From: Octopus bimaculoides | Lineage: Eukaryota | Direction: 5' to 3' | Length of the DNA stretch: 63,544 nucleotides | Assembly: GCF_001194135.2 (NCBI RefSeq) | Contig: NC_068983.1 | Coordinates: forward strand, 153,547,319-153,610,862 | Shown here: piece by piece, positions 27,327 to 40,406 of the stretch | Layout of the letters: each line of letters begins with the position of its first letter | Numbering within the stretch: position 1 is the stretch's first letter | The notes under the pieces: generated by a model | Databases searched by the model: none | Told to the model about the DNA's origin: nothing | What the model saw: only the letters and a program-made list of their open reading frames with translations | Translations under genes and position numbers: made by a program

Positions 27327-27921
27327 TGGGTGTGGTGTTTCTGTTTAATTTTAGTGAAATTACTACAATATTTTGTTTAGTAGTACTTAATTAATGAAAT
27401 ATCTACAAACACTAATTGTGGCAAGCTGGAAAAAGTATGAATGCGATGATATTTATTCATTTGCTAATTACATTGAAATATATTTGTTAATTTTAAAATT
27501 GCTTGCAAAGAAACAATGACTTCACACTTTGAACATCACTGAAACATTACAACACATTTGTTACAACCAGCCTGATATGTCAAATTGGCGCTTGTGCGAA
27601 TAAAAAAAGACTGCAGATTGGTCTGTTTACAAGAAACCTCACATAATTTACGTCTAATACATGTGGAACTGCATCCTTGAACTGCGATGGTAATTCCGAG
27701 ATGGCAAGATCTGGGAATGGACTTTGTGTACTTTCAGATCAAACAGCAGACATTTTCCAAAAATCCCGATATAAAAGGCTCCATAAATCGATACATAGTA
27801 AATCAACAACGTTGAGTCACAAACTATGCTTCTATATCATACATGAGTTTGGTTTAATGAAATTAAGGGTGCCCATAAAATCAGTTCCATCTGAATAAGT
27901 ATTGCAACATGCTACATATCA

Positions 27922-28166
27922 CAGTTCTATATTTAAGAGATGAGGACTTATTTACATTATTTACATTTGACGGATATTCTTCCTGATTAATAATAGTAAT
28001 AATAATAATAATAATAATATAATAATAATAATAGTAACATCGATAGGAATGAGCACCCAGGTTCGAAATTTCCCCAAGACACCTGACGAAGGCTGGAGTG
28101 TATATCAGCCGAAACGTTGTGTTAACAACAAACAAGATGAGGACGAATATCCGCGAAATGTAAATA
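27922..28166. mobile_element. Non-autonomous PLE-type unit with an inverted short arm, TSD ATGCTACATATCA
   Basis: Gap-free: inverted tail-bearing arm at about 27922-27985, (AAT)n, then a plus-strand body to 28166. A 13-bp direct repeat lies at 27909-27921 and 28167-28179. Confidence 0.75.
28078..28123 (+). ncRNA. Minimal type I hammerhead-like ribozyme motif (family H1)
   Basis: GACAC-CTGACGA-A-GGCTG-gagtgtatat-CAGCC-GAAAC-GTT-GTGTT; the only change versus 12076 is in loop II. Confidence 0.6.
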
Positions 28167-30237
28167 ATGCTACATATCAATTTTCATCATCGGTTTACTT
28201 TTGAACGAGGTAATGGACAAGAAAAAAAAATGGAATGCGAGATTCGAAGAAGTGCGATTAATTGTCAGAATCGTAGAGTTACAGTTACGAATAGCATTCC
28301 TTCAGGTATTTGTTTCATATTTCTCCATTTTGAGTTCAGTTCGTGTCATGATCGATTATGCCTTTCATTCTTGCGAGGTGGATAATAAAATACTCATCTT
28401 GTTCATTAAACTGGCGGAACATTTAGAGGGTTGGACAACATACATTGCAGTGTCTGTTTTGACTCTTTATGGTAGATGTAATAAAGCACAAATAACTTAA
28501 AGGGTTCGATATTACCGATTGTTCCCTTTCACAAATGTATAGCTCTGAGTATATGAAGAGTTATGTTTGAGAAATAAAACATTATGAGGACAAAAAATCA
28601 ATGAGGAAACCCATACTGATTTCATATCTTGTAAACGTTTGAATATATTCGTATTGCTCTTTAATAAATTTCATGCTGGGACTCAGTAACGTAATAGCTG
28701 CATTTATACATCGTATTATTAATATTCTCGATAGTATTACTTTGAATGCTGATGAGGAGTATCATAAAATCAGTTGATCTTTTGATATTGTGATCGTATT
28801 TGAGTACCTCTGAAATATTACTTAAGGAGCACTTTTGGTAACTACTTCAGGAATATTAGTGATGTGTAGAAAATGTGATTTACCACTTGCTGGGTGCTTC
28901 ACAATTCCATACATTATTTATGGAAGGAAAAAGCGAGAGCAAGATCACTCTGAATAAATAACAATAATAATTTATCTCTCTGAATAAACGTTCAATTTCT
29001 GGTTAGCGGTAGCCGTGAACACCTAGGTAAAGAAGCAGCAGGATTGGTAGTTAGGCAACAAGGCAATATGGCATTATTACAGACTCGTGGTGTCGCTCGC
29101 CATTAAAGGTCCCATTCTCGACGGAGTTGCTCTAAGAAGCCGTGATCGAAGAGAGTGAATGGTGGTGAACCATAGCTGCTGGTGATGATTGCGCATGCGC
29201 ATAAGGGGTTTCCGTCAGGTTTTCGGAAGGCTTTAATCCTTGCGTATGCGTAGATGAATGTTCCAACATGGTATCTAGAACTATGCGTCACTACAGATGT
29301 AAGTCAGAAGAATTGTTCGCAATAGTGAAGAGAAACCAAATCTAATGAGAAATAACCTCTGACGTTACGTAAGATAGTATTAAATCTAATGAAATTGATA
29401 TCAATCTTAATTATATGATAGAAATATTTTGCGATTTTGTGAAATTGAAAAATAGAAACCGACAGATAATGATTCATAGATCAAATTTGAAACAATTCTG
29501 AACAAGTAAATGTGAGACATTTATGGAGTAACATTGTCAGATGTTTTTTTTATAGCTATATACGTGTGAGTGAGTATGTGCATATGTGAGTGTTTATTAC
29601 ATATCTGCATCTGTGTGTATGTACGTGTGTGTGTGTGTGTCTATGTGTGTGCCTGCGGTGTAGTTATCAAATAATATAAAGTAATAAATTGAAATTCTGT
29701 GTTATCATATACATCTCTTTTCACTTGAAATTAATTGCATAATAATAACAAATCCCAAAATTATTGTTTGAATTCACATCCCTTATTTTCAATTAGAGAA
29801 TGTATTGAATGTAATACATATTTTAAAAATAGAAAATAGAATTGAATATTGAAAATTACATATATGAAATGTAATATAAAACCTCGGCTCTAATCGAAAT
29901 CATATATCATTTCGAATAATCTAACCAATGAACCAATGAAAACGTGCATACGTATATGCAGGTGTGTATTGACGGAAACAATTCTAATAATGCAGATACT
30001 GATTGTTATATTTACGAAAAATGTGACTGTTGAATATGACGTAACACACTAAGATTGACGCATGTTTTATTCTCGCTATACTATTTTAGAGGTACACATA
30101 GCTACACTCGCTTCGTATATCTTTACACAAAAAACTATAAGCACAGACACAAATAAATATGCCTATACAAAAGATGCCTGCATACGCTTTTGTGTGGTTA
30201 TGCGTGGGTATAGCATATATATATATATATATATATG

Positions 30238-30440
30238 TAACCTCGTGGACATCGGTGCTGATTTTTTCTTCCTCCGTTTTTCCCTTCTTTGAACTTTCCT
30301 TGTTTCCGACGAAGAGCTCCGCTCGAAACGTCATACTCTCTCTCTTTCCTTTCCCGAGCGTCTAGTAACTCTATCTGTATCACGTCCTCACGTTGTTTTT
30401 TGTTATTGTTTTATTGGCTTTTTCCTTTTTTTGAACTTAG
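30238..30440 (+). mobile_element. PLE-type terminal fragment, family H2, between (TA)n tracts
   Basis: Contains a hammerhead-like motif and a downstream TTCCCGAGCGTC motif shared with the 38111 fragment. Confidence 0.55.
30301..30336 (+). ncRNA. Hammerhead-like motif, variant core (H2)
   Basis: GTTT-CCGACGA-A-GAGC-tcc-GCTC-GAAAC-GTC-ATAC; one stem I mismatch. Confidence 0.45.
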
Positions 30441-31400
30441 ATATATATATATANNNNNNNNNNNNNNNNNNNNNNNNNNNNNNNNNNNNNNNNNNNNNNN
30501 NNNNNNNNNNNNNNNNNNNNNNNNNNNNNNNNNNNNNNNNNNNNNNNNNNNNNNNNNNNNNNNNNNNNNNNNNNNNNNNNNNNNNNNNNNNNNNNNNNNN
30601 NNNNNNNNNNNNNNNNNNNNNNNNNNNNNNNNNNNNNNNNNNNNNNNNNNNNNNNNNNNNNNNNNNNNNNNNNNNNNNNNNNNNNNNNNNNNNNNNNNNN
30701 NNNNNNNNNNNNNNNNNNNNNNNNNNNNNNNNNNNNNNNNNNNNNNNNNNNNNNNNNNNNNNNNNNNNNNNNNNNNNNNNNNNNNNNNNNNNNNNNNNNN
30801 NNNNNNNNNNNNNNNNNNNNNNNNNNNNNNNNNNNNNNNNNNNNNNNNNNNNNNNNNNNNNNNNNNNNNNNNNNNNNNNNNNNNNNNNNNNNNNNNNNNN
30901 NNNNNNNNNNNNNNNNNNNNNNNNNNNNNNNNNNNNNNNNNNNNNNNNNNNNNNNNNNNNNNNNNNNNNNNNNNNNNNNNNNNNNNNNNNNNNNNNNNNN
31001 NNNNNNNNNNNNNNNNNNNNNNNNNNNNNNNNNNNNNNNNNNNNNNNNNNNNNNNNNNNNNNNNNNNNNNNNNNNNNNNNNNNNNNNNNNNNNNNNNNNN
31101 NNNNNNNNNNNNNNNNNNNNNNNNNNNNNNNNNNNNNNNNNNNNNNNNNNNNNNNNNNNNNNNNNNNNNNNNNNNNNNNNNNNNNNNNNNNNNNNNNNNN
31201 NNNNNNNNNNNNNNNNNNNNNNNNNNNNNNNNNNNNNNNNNNNNNNNNNNNNNNNNNNNNNNNNNNNNNNNNNNNNNNNNNNNNNNNNNNNNNNNNNNNN
31301 NNNNNNNNNNNNNNNNNNNNNNNNNNNNNNNNNNNNNNNNNNNNNNNNNNNNNNNNNNNNNNNNNNNNNNNNNNNNNNNNNNNNNNNNNNNNNNNNNNNN

Positions 31401-31433
31401 GATATATAGATAGATATATAGATAGATAGATAT

Positions 31434-31483
<50 letters not shown>
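31401..31483. repeat. (GATA)n microsatellite
   Basis: Direct inspection. Confidence 0.95.
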
Positions 31484-31486
<3 letters not shown>

Positions 31487-32586
31487 TTTAGCCACACCTA
31501 GAAATAAAATCTAAACTACGTTTGTCGTTCCTGTCAGCTATTTTTTCCTCTTCTCTTCAATATAATAGCGTCGTTCGCAGATTTCCTCAGGGCAAAACTC
31601 ATTCTTATACATATAATGCAAATATTTTTCAAACTGTTTGTATTTTTGCTATCTAGTACCATCGCAAACCTCCCCTTGTGCATCTTTTTTCTTCTGGTTG
31701 AAATTTAATATACTCTGTCAAATATTACCATTTTATTTTACAAATTCTCAATGGTTATGAAATTATTGCTAAATCTATTATATTTTTAGCTTTTTAAAAT
31801 CATTTCTACTACTTACTATTCTAGAACACTGGAAGATATATATATATATATATTACCATTTCACTAATTGGATGTTGGTTCTTTTCTTTGTTTTGCTTTA
31901 TGGAATACACAATTTTTCGCAAACCTGTTTTTTGTGTCTTTAACTGTTTCTGTAACTTCTATGAATTTTCGCTGTCATGCGTGTTCTCATATTATGCATC
32001 ATAAAGACTACTGAGTTTTAGAAAAATAGAATAACTTTCTTAACATGTTTCGAACTATGTATTTCCTACCAGCGTATCTCATTACCGCTTGCGAACCTGC
32101 GTGTTCGTGAATCCTTAGGTGTTTGAATATATTCTATGTATTAATTGTCTTTAGCTACACTATTATTTATCTAATATTTATTACTCAGCAATAGCGAATA
32201 GTTAAAACTTTATACGAAAATGCTGTATAATATATTTATTGTTGTCCAACTGTTTGGCGGCGTTCACATCGGTTGCCCTTTGCTCCAAAGAAAACTGTGA
32301 CTAATAATGGTTTCAAATTTTGGCACAATGCAGCAAACCACAGTTTTCATTTGGTAATTATTTCATTGACCCAGAAAAGATAAAAGACAGAAGTCGGCAG
32401 AATTTGAAATCAAATCACCCGACAACAGTCATTAATAATGATATAAATTTACTACAAACGTAGACCATCTAAAATTGTATAAATATATGTCCACGCTGGA
32501 GACAGAAAAAATGCAAGATACTCACTAAAATATTTCGCATCCCAGGACGTTGCATTATAGATTACAAATTAGATTACCTTTCAACA

Positions 32587-32630
<44 letters not shown>

Positions 32631-34745
32631 AATATATATATATATATATATATCCCCATCCCACTCCTTCATGCACATGCATATTGAATTTTAGTCTTTA
32701 GTTTGAATCATATTACCTCCCTTTCAAATCTTTCAATATTTGTGTTTTTATAATCATCATTGTGATATTAAGTCCAAACAGCTTAGATTTCAGAAATATA
32801 GGTATTATTGTATACTAGTAGCAATCGCTCTGGGAAAGTGTTTTTTTTTAAATTTAATAACATCTAACACTCAAGAATTCTAAAACAGATGTGTTGCTAT
32901 AAGTCATGTAATGTCATGGCCTATTTGAAATGAATACATCAAGGAATAACTTGAAGAATACATCAGGGAATATATCCGCAATCTTCAACAGAATGTGGAA
33001 ATATGTAAACCTCCAGTTAAAAAAAAGGTTAAGAATATCATAGATATTTAACTTGCGGTCTACCTAAGTAGTTACGTGCCGAATAACAAATGAAACGTTT
33101 CAATGCGCGCTTTCATACATGATTTTGTCATTATGTCTTATATTAGCCACATTTCTCCCAAACCTCCAATAAATTTTAATGAACTTTAATTCCAGCCAGG
33201 TTTCCCAATGCTTTCAAATTTCTCTTTAAACTATAGTTATGCGCTCTGAACACAATAACAATAAGAATTTATGTACCCAGAAAAAACATCAGTTGTTAGA
33301 GTAAATGATTATATGTCTATTTTATCTGTCGTTTAAAATCTCGCTTACGTGATTTTTCTTCGATCACCCACCCTCTCTCTCTTTCTTTCTCTGTGTATAT
33401 ATGTATATGTATATGTATATATATATATATACATATATATAAATNNNNNNNNNNNNNNNNNNNNNNNNNNNNNNNNNNNNNNNNNNNNNNNNNNNNNNNN
33501 NNNNNNNNNNNNNNNNNNNNNNNNNNNNNNNNNNNNNNNNNNNNNNNNNNNNNNNNNNNNNNNNNNNNNNNNNNNNNNNNNNNNNNNNNNNNNNNNNNNN
33601 NNNNNNNNNNNNNNNNNNNNNNNNNNNNNNNNNNNNNNNNNNNNNNNNNNNNNNNNNNNNNNNNNNNNNNNNNNNNNNNNNNNNNNNNNNNNNNNNNNNN
33701 NNNNNNNNNNNNNNNNNNNNNNNNNNNNNNNNNNNNNNNNNNNNNNNNNNNNNNNNNNNNNNNNNNNNNNNNNNNNNNNNNNNNNNNNNNNNNNNNNNNN
33801 NNNNNNNNNNNNNNNNNNNNNNNNNNNNNNNNNNNNNNNNNNNNNNNNNNNNNNNNNNNNNNNNNNNNNNNNNNNNNNNNNNNNNNNNNNNNNNNNNNNN
33901 NNNNNNNNNNNNNNNNNNNNNNNNNNNNNNNNNNNNNNNNNNNNNNNNNNNNNNNNNNNNNNNNNNNNNNNNNNNNNNNNNNNNNNNNNNNNNNNNNNNN
34001 NNNNNNNNNNNNNNNNNNNNNNNNNNNNNNNNNNNNNNNNNNNNNNNNNNNNNNNNNNNNNNNNNNNNNNNNNNNNNNNNNNNNNNNNNNNNNNNNNNNN
34101 NNNNNNNNNNNNNNNNNNNNNNATCTTCGTTATAAGTTCATGTCAGAAAAAGAGCATATCCTATAAAAAATAGACCATTTGTTTATTTTTATATTCATAA
34201 AGTAACAGCTTTAGTGAAATACCATTGGTTTCATATCTAGCGTGAACGAGACACATCTTCAGTTTCTCTAAACGATAACTGTTCTCTGCAAAGAATGTTT
34301 TTTTTTAAAAACACAAGAATGTTGGCGATAATTGAAGATATATTTCTCTTAAAATATGATGACCTGTCGAGTTATCTTCCTTCACTCGGTTTTCTAGTTT
34401 TGAAGTAAAAATTTCCGAAAATGTGGACAACTCCCCACAGCTTCCGTTCTGGAGTTCACTTGTGATCTAAACGAACAGGTAGGCTGGGTACGTGCTATAG
34501 TAGGTCGACAATTAGGTTCCAAGTTCACAGCTAAGGCTGGATCTAGGGATCCGTGTTAGGGTTCCGTTATAGCATGTATATATTATATTAGAGGCAGAGC
34601 GAGTGTCTCAACTCATTTATAACAATTTAATTAGGGGAAGGTGAATTTGAAGTCCTACAGCTCCCTCCCTCTCTCTCTGTCTCTTTCTATCTCTCACTCT
34701 GTCTGTATGTCTGTCTGTCTGTCTGTCTCTGTCTCTCTCTCTCTC

Positions 34746-35941
34746 TGGATTGTTAGGCCAAGCCAATACCTTTAGCATTTTATCTGATAAAACCTTAGTC
34801 GTCATCTTTGAAGTGTGTTTAGGGTCATTACAATGTTGGAGCAGGGAATATCTTCCTAGTCCTTTGATGCTTTTCAACATTCTTCTCTGCAATATGTCAC
34901 AACAAAGCCTTGAATCCATTGTTCTCTCAAGAAATGTGAGTCCTCCCACACCAGCAGCACTCATACATTTCCAAGGCATAACGCTTCTCACGCCATGTTT
35001 CACAGTAGGCACGGTACATTTGTCGTTATTATCTTCATTTTGTCGTAGCCATACTCGTTTAATACCATCTGACCCAAACACGTTGATTTTAGTCTCGTCA
35101 CAAAAAAAAAATATTTCAAAACTCCTTCCCTTTACTCATATAAGTTTCGGCAAAAGAAAGACGACTTGATTTATGCCTTGTAGTGAGGAAAGGCTTCCTA
35201 CGAGGAACGCGTCCATGGAGACCATAAAAACAAACTTCGGCGAACTCTTTGGACGGATACACTTTTTCCACTAACAGTGAACACTCCTTGGGCCACAAGA
35301 TGAACCAGTACAACGCTCGTTATCCATCACGCAACATTGAATGTGACGAATATCATGCGCAGATAAAATAGAGAGACGACCTCAACGATGTTTACTGCTA
35401 AGCCGTCCAGTGGCTTCGTAATTCCGAATTACTTTGGTGAATGCGTTTACGCTAATATATATTCGTTTGCTAATTAACTCGTATCCTAGACCATTCTTGT
35501 GCAAATTAAAAATAATTTTCTTCAAATCTTCAGACTATTATTTTCATTGTGGTGCTATTTTAATCACAATGAAGATGATTTTCACCACGGTACACAAATC
35601 AGAAATTCTGCAGATGCAATAACAATGACCGATGTAAAAATGCCAGGAGAAACATTTTAGTAGAATTTAAATTATCAGCAACACTTGAATTTAGTAAAAA
35701 AGTGGATAAAATACGGAAAGTAACTAATTTCTTTTAGGTTGTATATAATTTTGTAGCGTTTGAAAATTAATATTTCATTCATATAAAATGTTTATTGTTT
35801 TGTATTCCAAATTTGCAGAATGTTCGCATGTATAATATATTTTATTCAGTAAAAATTTCGTTCGATTTCCTTCGATATTAACAAAGAAATGGCAATTCTA
35901 CAGAAACGTTTTAGTGGTGTACATACTTTTCTGAGACGCTG
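34746..35941 (-). mobile_element. Tc1-family transposon, 3'-truncated
   Basis: Left end TA|CAGCGTCTCAGAAAAGTATGTACACC at 35941. Translation GLHGRVPRRKPFL, DETKINMFGSDG, PTVKHG and QHCNDPKHTSK; it stops at WP against a (CT)/(CTGT) microsatellite. Confidence 0.85.
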
Positions 35942-35945
35942 TATG

Positions 35946-35980
<35 letters not shown>

Positions 35981-38069
35981 NNNNNNNNNNNNNNNNNNNN
36001 NNNNNNNNNNNNNNNNNNNNNNNNNNNNNNNNNNNNNNNNNNNNNNNNNNNNNNNNNNNNNNNNNNNNNNNNNNNNNNNNNNNNNNNNNNNNNNNNNNNN
36101 NNNNNNNNNNNNNNNNNNNNNNNNNNNNNNNNNNNNNNNNNNNNNNNNNNNNNNNNNNNNNNNNNNNNNNNNNNNNNNNNNNNNNNNNNNNNNNNNNNNN
36201 NNNNNNNNNNNNNNNNNNNNNNNNNNNNNNNNNNNNNNNNNNNNNNNNNNNNNNNNNNNNNNNNNNNNNNNNNNNNNNNNNNNNNNNNNNNNNNNNNNNN
36301 NNNNNNNNNNNNNNNNNNNNNNNNNNNNNNNNNNNNNNNNNNNNNNNNNNNNNNNNNNNNNNNNNNNNNNNNNNNNNNNNNNNNNNNNNNNNNNNNNNNN
36401 NNNNNNNNNNNNNNNNNNNNNNNNNNNNNNNNNNNNNNNNNNNNNNNNNNNNNNNNNNNNNNNNNNNNNNNNNNNTATATATATATATATATACATACAT
36501 ATATAAATATGTGTGTGTGTGTGTGTATGTATACATATAATTTTAGGAATATAATATACATATTTATGTATTTAATGTGTGTGTATATATATATATATGT
36601 ATATATGATTACTTTACACTCTTAAGAGATATACCGATAATATATAAGCGAGAAAAATCACATATATACCGATAAATTTCTGCGTAAAAATACCAATATT
36701 TACTTGCATTTCCTGAATATGCATTACATCAAATAGCCCATGTCGCTCATGTGGTGAATGTCAGAAATCATGCAGGGGGAATATATAGAACCGCAGCACA
36801 ATGTAATGACGAAGAAACTCAAATTTTTTTATACTTATAAATTGAGGATATAATCATTAAAATGATTATAACAGTGGCTGGCGTATAAAAACCACCATAA
36901 TGATAAAATTGATTTTTAAATATTGTATAATAAAAATATAATTATAATTAAGTGTGTTGAAATGCCAAACCCTATACGCTAGAAATAGATGTCAAAATGT
37001 ATACAAGCCACTCAAAATTTGTTCAAGCGCCCTTATTTCCTATAAGGAATAGCACTTCACCATTTAATGCATAATTTGTTTGAGCTTTGTAGTAGCGAAA
37101 CTGTAAAATAATTCCAAAATATTGCCCTTTGCTACTAACCGTAAGCTTGCTATTTATGAGATATTTCTTCTCGTGAGTTCCTGCGTGGTCGCTGAATATG
37201 ACAGGTGGTCATTTTCATCTGCATGACATTATATCAATCTGCTTCCAATTCTTTTCAAGTCACGGTTAATTTTCCTCCTTTTTGATGCACTGTTTATATT
37301 GAATTCGCTCATTCGTGTTATTTTTATTTCCATGATTCATTTTGCGGCATTTATCTCGGTGTCTTCATCCAATAATCGAACAAGCAGTAAAACGTGATGT
37401 TCGATTTGTTCTATCAACGACGCAAAGGTAATGAAAAACACGAGGGGAGAAAAAAGCTCAAAATGGCTGATGATATATAGCAAACACAATATTGCGTTAA
37501 AGACATATAAAAAATAAATTGCTGTGTCATGTATTAGGCCACAAGAGGGTTATATATGGAACGGAAAGAGAAAAGGTATTTTAAGAGAATACATATATAT
37601 CATATAGTGACTCATTTTCATTTCAACATGTTTACTCATTTTCGTTTCAACAAGTTCCGATATTATATGAGACAGAAAAACAAAACCAATAAAGTATATA
37701 GTAATCAAAATCAATAGTTAATCTTTATTAAATGTCTTTACTATGTTAAACTCATACACAGCGCTGTGTGCGTACATGTGTGTGAATAAACCTGCAGGTA
37801 TACCTGCGTTTATGTTACAAATAACGTTAACATTTTGCTTCGGTGGTTTATTAGTGAAACTAATTGTAAATGCATATATACCATTACTTTTAAGCGGTTT
37901 GTGAATTCTAGTCTAGTGATGGCAATGGGTTAATGAAAAACATCCCCATCTTGCAAACGAATATTGATAATATACAAATGTAATTACCTGCACATGAATA
38001 TGTCTATGTATATATGGAGATACATAAATGGCGCTGGTGAGCGTGTGCCTGTTATTTATTTATAGATTT

Positions 38070-38110
<41 letters not shown>

Positions 38111-38111
<1 letters not shown>

Positions 38112-38270
38112 TTCTCCGTGTTTTTCTTCTTGTCTCCGTATTCTTTCTGTTGAAGAGCGTAGCTCGAAACGTCAAAGACTTTCCGTATTCCCGAGCGTCA
38201 TACTAATATATACTTTTGTTATTTACACCACCTGTCCTCGTCTGTTGTTATTATTTGTATATTCTCCCAT
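38111..38270 (+). mobile_element. PLE-type terminal fragment, family H3, between (TA)n tracts
   Basis: Hammerhead-like motif plus TTCCCGAGCGTC; flanked on both sides by (TA)n. Confidence 0.55.
38142..38178 (+). ncRNA. Hammerhead-like motif, variant core (H3)
   Basis: TCTTT-CTGTTGA-A-GAGC-gta-GCTC-GAAAC-GTC-AAAGA; perfect 5-bp stem I and 4-bp stem II. Confidence 0.5.
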
Positions 38271-38562
38271 ATATATATATNNNNNNNNNNNNNNNNNNNN
38301 NNNNNNNNNNNNNNNNNNNNNNNNNNNNNNNNNNNNNNNNNNNNNNNNNNNNNNNNNNNNNNNNNNNNNNNNNNNNNNNNNNNNNNNNNNNNNNNNNNNN
38401 NNNNNNNNNNNNNNNNNNNNNNNNNNNNNNNNNNNNNNNNNNNNNNNNNNNNNNNNNNNNNNNNNNNNNNNNNNNNNNNNNNNNNNNNNNNNNNNNNNNN
38501 NNNNNNNNNNNNNNNNNNNNNNNNNNNNNNNNNNNNNNNNNNNNNNNNNNNNNNNNNNNNNN

Positions 38563-38660
38563 GTCTTCAACTATAGCCTCGGGCCGAACAATGCCCTCTG
38601 GGTGGATTTGTTAGACGAAAACTGAAAAAAGTCCGTCGTGTATATATATATGTGTATGTA

Positions 38661-38711
<51 letters not shown>

Positions 38712-38912
38712 TTGGTTGTCTGTTTGTCCCCCACCATCGCTTAACAACCGATGCTGGTGTGTTTATGTCCCCGTAACTTAGAGGTTCGACAAAAGTAACC
38801 AGTAGAATATGTACTAGGCTTACAAAGAATAAGTCCTGGGGTCGATTTGCTTGACTAAAGCCGGTGCTCCACCATGGCCACATTCAAATGACTGAAGCAA
38901 GTAAAGCAGTAA
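38563..38912 (+). mobile_element. CORE-SINE family B (head lost in gap)
   Basis: Matches the reverse complement of 23270-23830, including the internal (TG)n. Confidence 0.75.
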
Positions 38913-39334
38913 AACAGATACATGTATATACATACATACATACATATATACATACACACAGACACACACACGCACATATATATATATATCTATATATACA
39001 CATACATGTATATATACATATATATACATATATATTTTTTTTAATCTCTACCGGCACTATGCAGTCCGTATAATAACATTTGACATTTGGATTTACGAAG
39101 TGTGGATTAACCGAGCATATAAAATTTTAGCTAGCTGCATTTCATCGATGTTCACTGTGGCTAGACATCATTGTTAACCGATAAGAATGAACACGGTATC
39201 CGCTAGGATAATACATACCTCTTAACCATTTTGGGAAATTTGTATTTGAAAATATCTCACGTATTATATATATATAATTATGTATATATATTTATATATA
39301 TATATATATATGTATATATATANNNNNNNNNNTG

Positions 39335-39520
39335 TGTATAATAATAATAATATTAGGAATAAAAATCCAAATTCACAGGTAAAAACTCAATTAAATTGAA
39401 TTTATTAAAAATTAAGAATAAATAAAGTTTCACAGTATAAAATAGAAATATATAGTTTTAAGGAAAAGAACCAAATTTCATGAACTCATCGGGCCGACCA
39501 AATCCTTTTGGGTGGATTTA
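39335..39520 (-). mobile_element. Possible PLE-type terminal fragment with a collapsed hammerhead
   Basis: Reverse strand has CCGATGAG-TTCA-T-GAAAT followed by an AT-rich tail; microsatellite-flanked. Family recalled rather than demonstrated. Confidence 0.3.
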
Positions 39521-40355
39521 TATATATAGTAATGCCTGTCTCCGTTCAAAAGCTGTTAGACTAGGCACTTGGATGTCTTGTTGTCAATGGTAAAGAATCG
39601 TGTATAACCACAAGTCTCGGAAATGAAGAGAGCTTATTATATTTACCATAAATATAACGAGCAATATAACTAAACACTTTCTATGAGAGGCTGAATGCGC
39701 AACTCTGAACCACGCACAAGCACGCATAAACTTATAGAAGTGCACATGCGTAATTGCTATGATGAATACGCTGTATATCGGTGATTTCTTCTTGGTACTC
39801 ATAAGAATATGAATAGATAAAAAGCACACAAATAAACTGTGTAATATTTTGAGTCAAGGTAAAGCATACAAAAATATACAAGAGACCTGATATATAAAAC
39901 ACCTGGCTACATTCTGTTCTGTTTCTTTTATTGCTCTATTTATCTTCATTATTTGCCTTCATTTATTCTTATTTCGCTTCATATATGTATAGTTTTCCAT
40001 TCTGGTGCTTTGCATGTATAATTTCATGTGTTTGCAGTATCGTAATGCTGATAGTTTCATTCCGGTATTATTTTTCTATCATTATTTATAGACATGTGTA
40101 CATCCATCCATCCTTAAGTGGTTAGATACCACATCCTCGCGTTGTTGCTTTTTCTTGCTGAGTTTTGTTCTTCGTTGATTTTTTTTAGGAATTATATGTA
40201 TATATATATATATGCATGTGCATTGTATCCGAATTCTTCCTTCATATTTGTATGGTAAAGGAGATTTGTACAGCTCTTCCTGTAAAAAACCATAATCTTA
40301 TATCAGTTAACTATCTGTTAATTCCCCTCATATAATTTAATTTAGGCATGTAATG

Positions 40356-40406
<51 letters not shown>

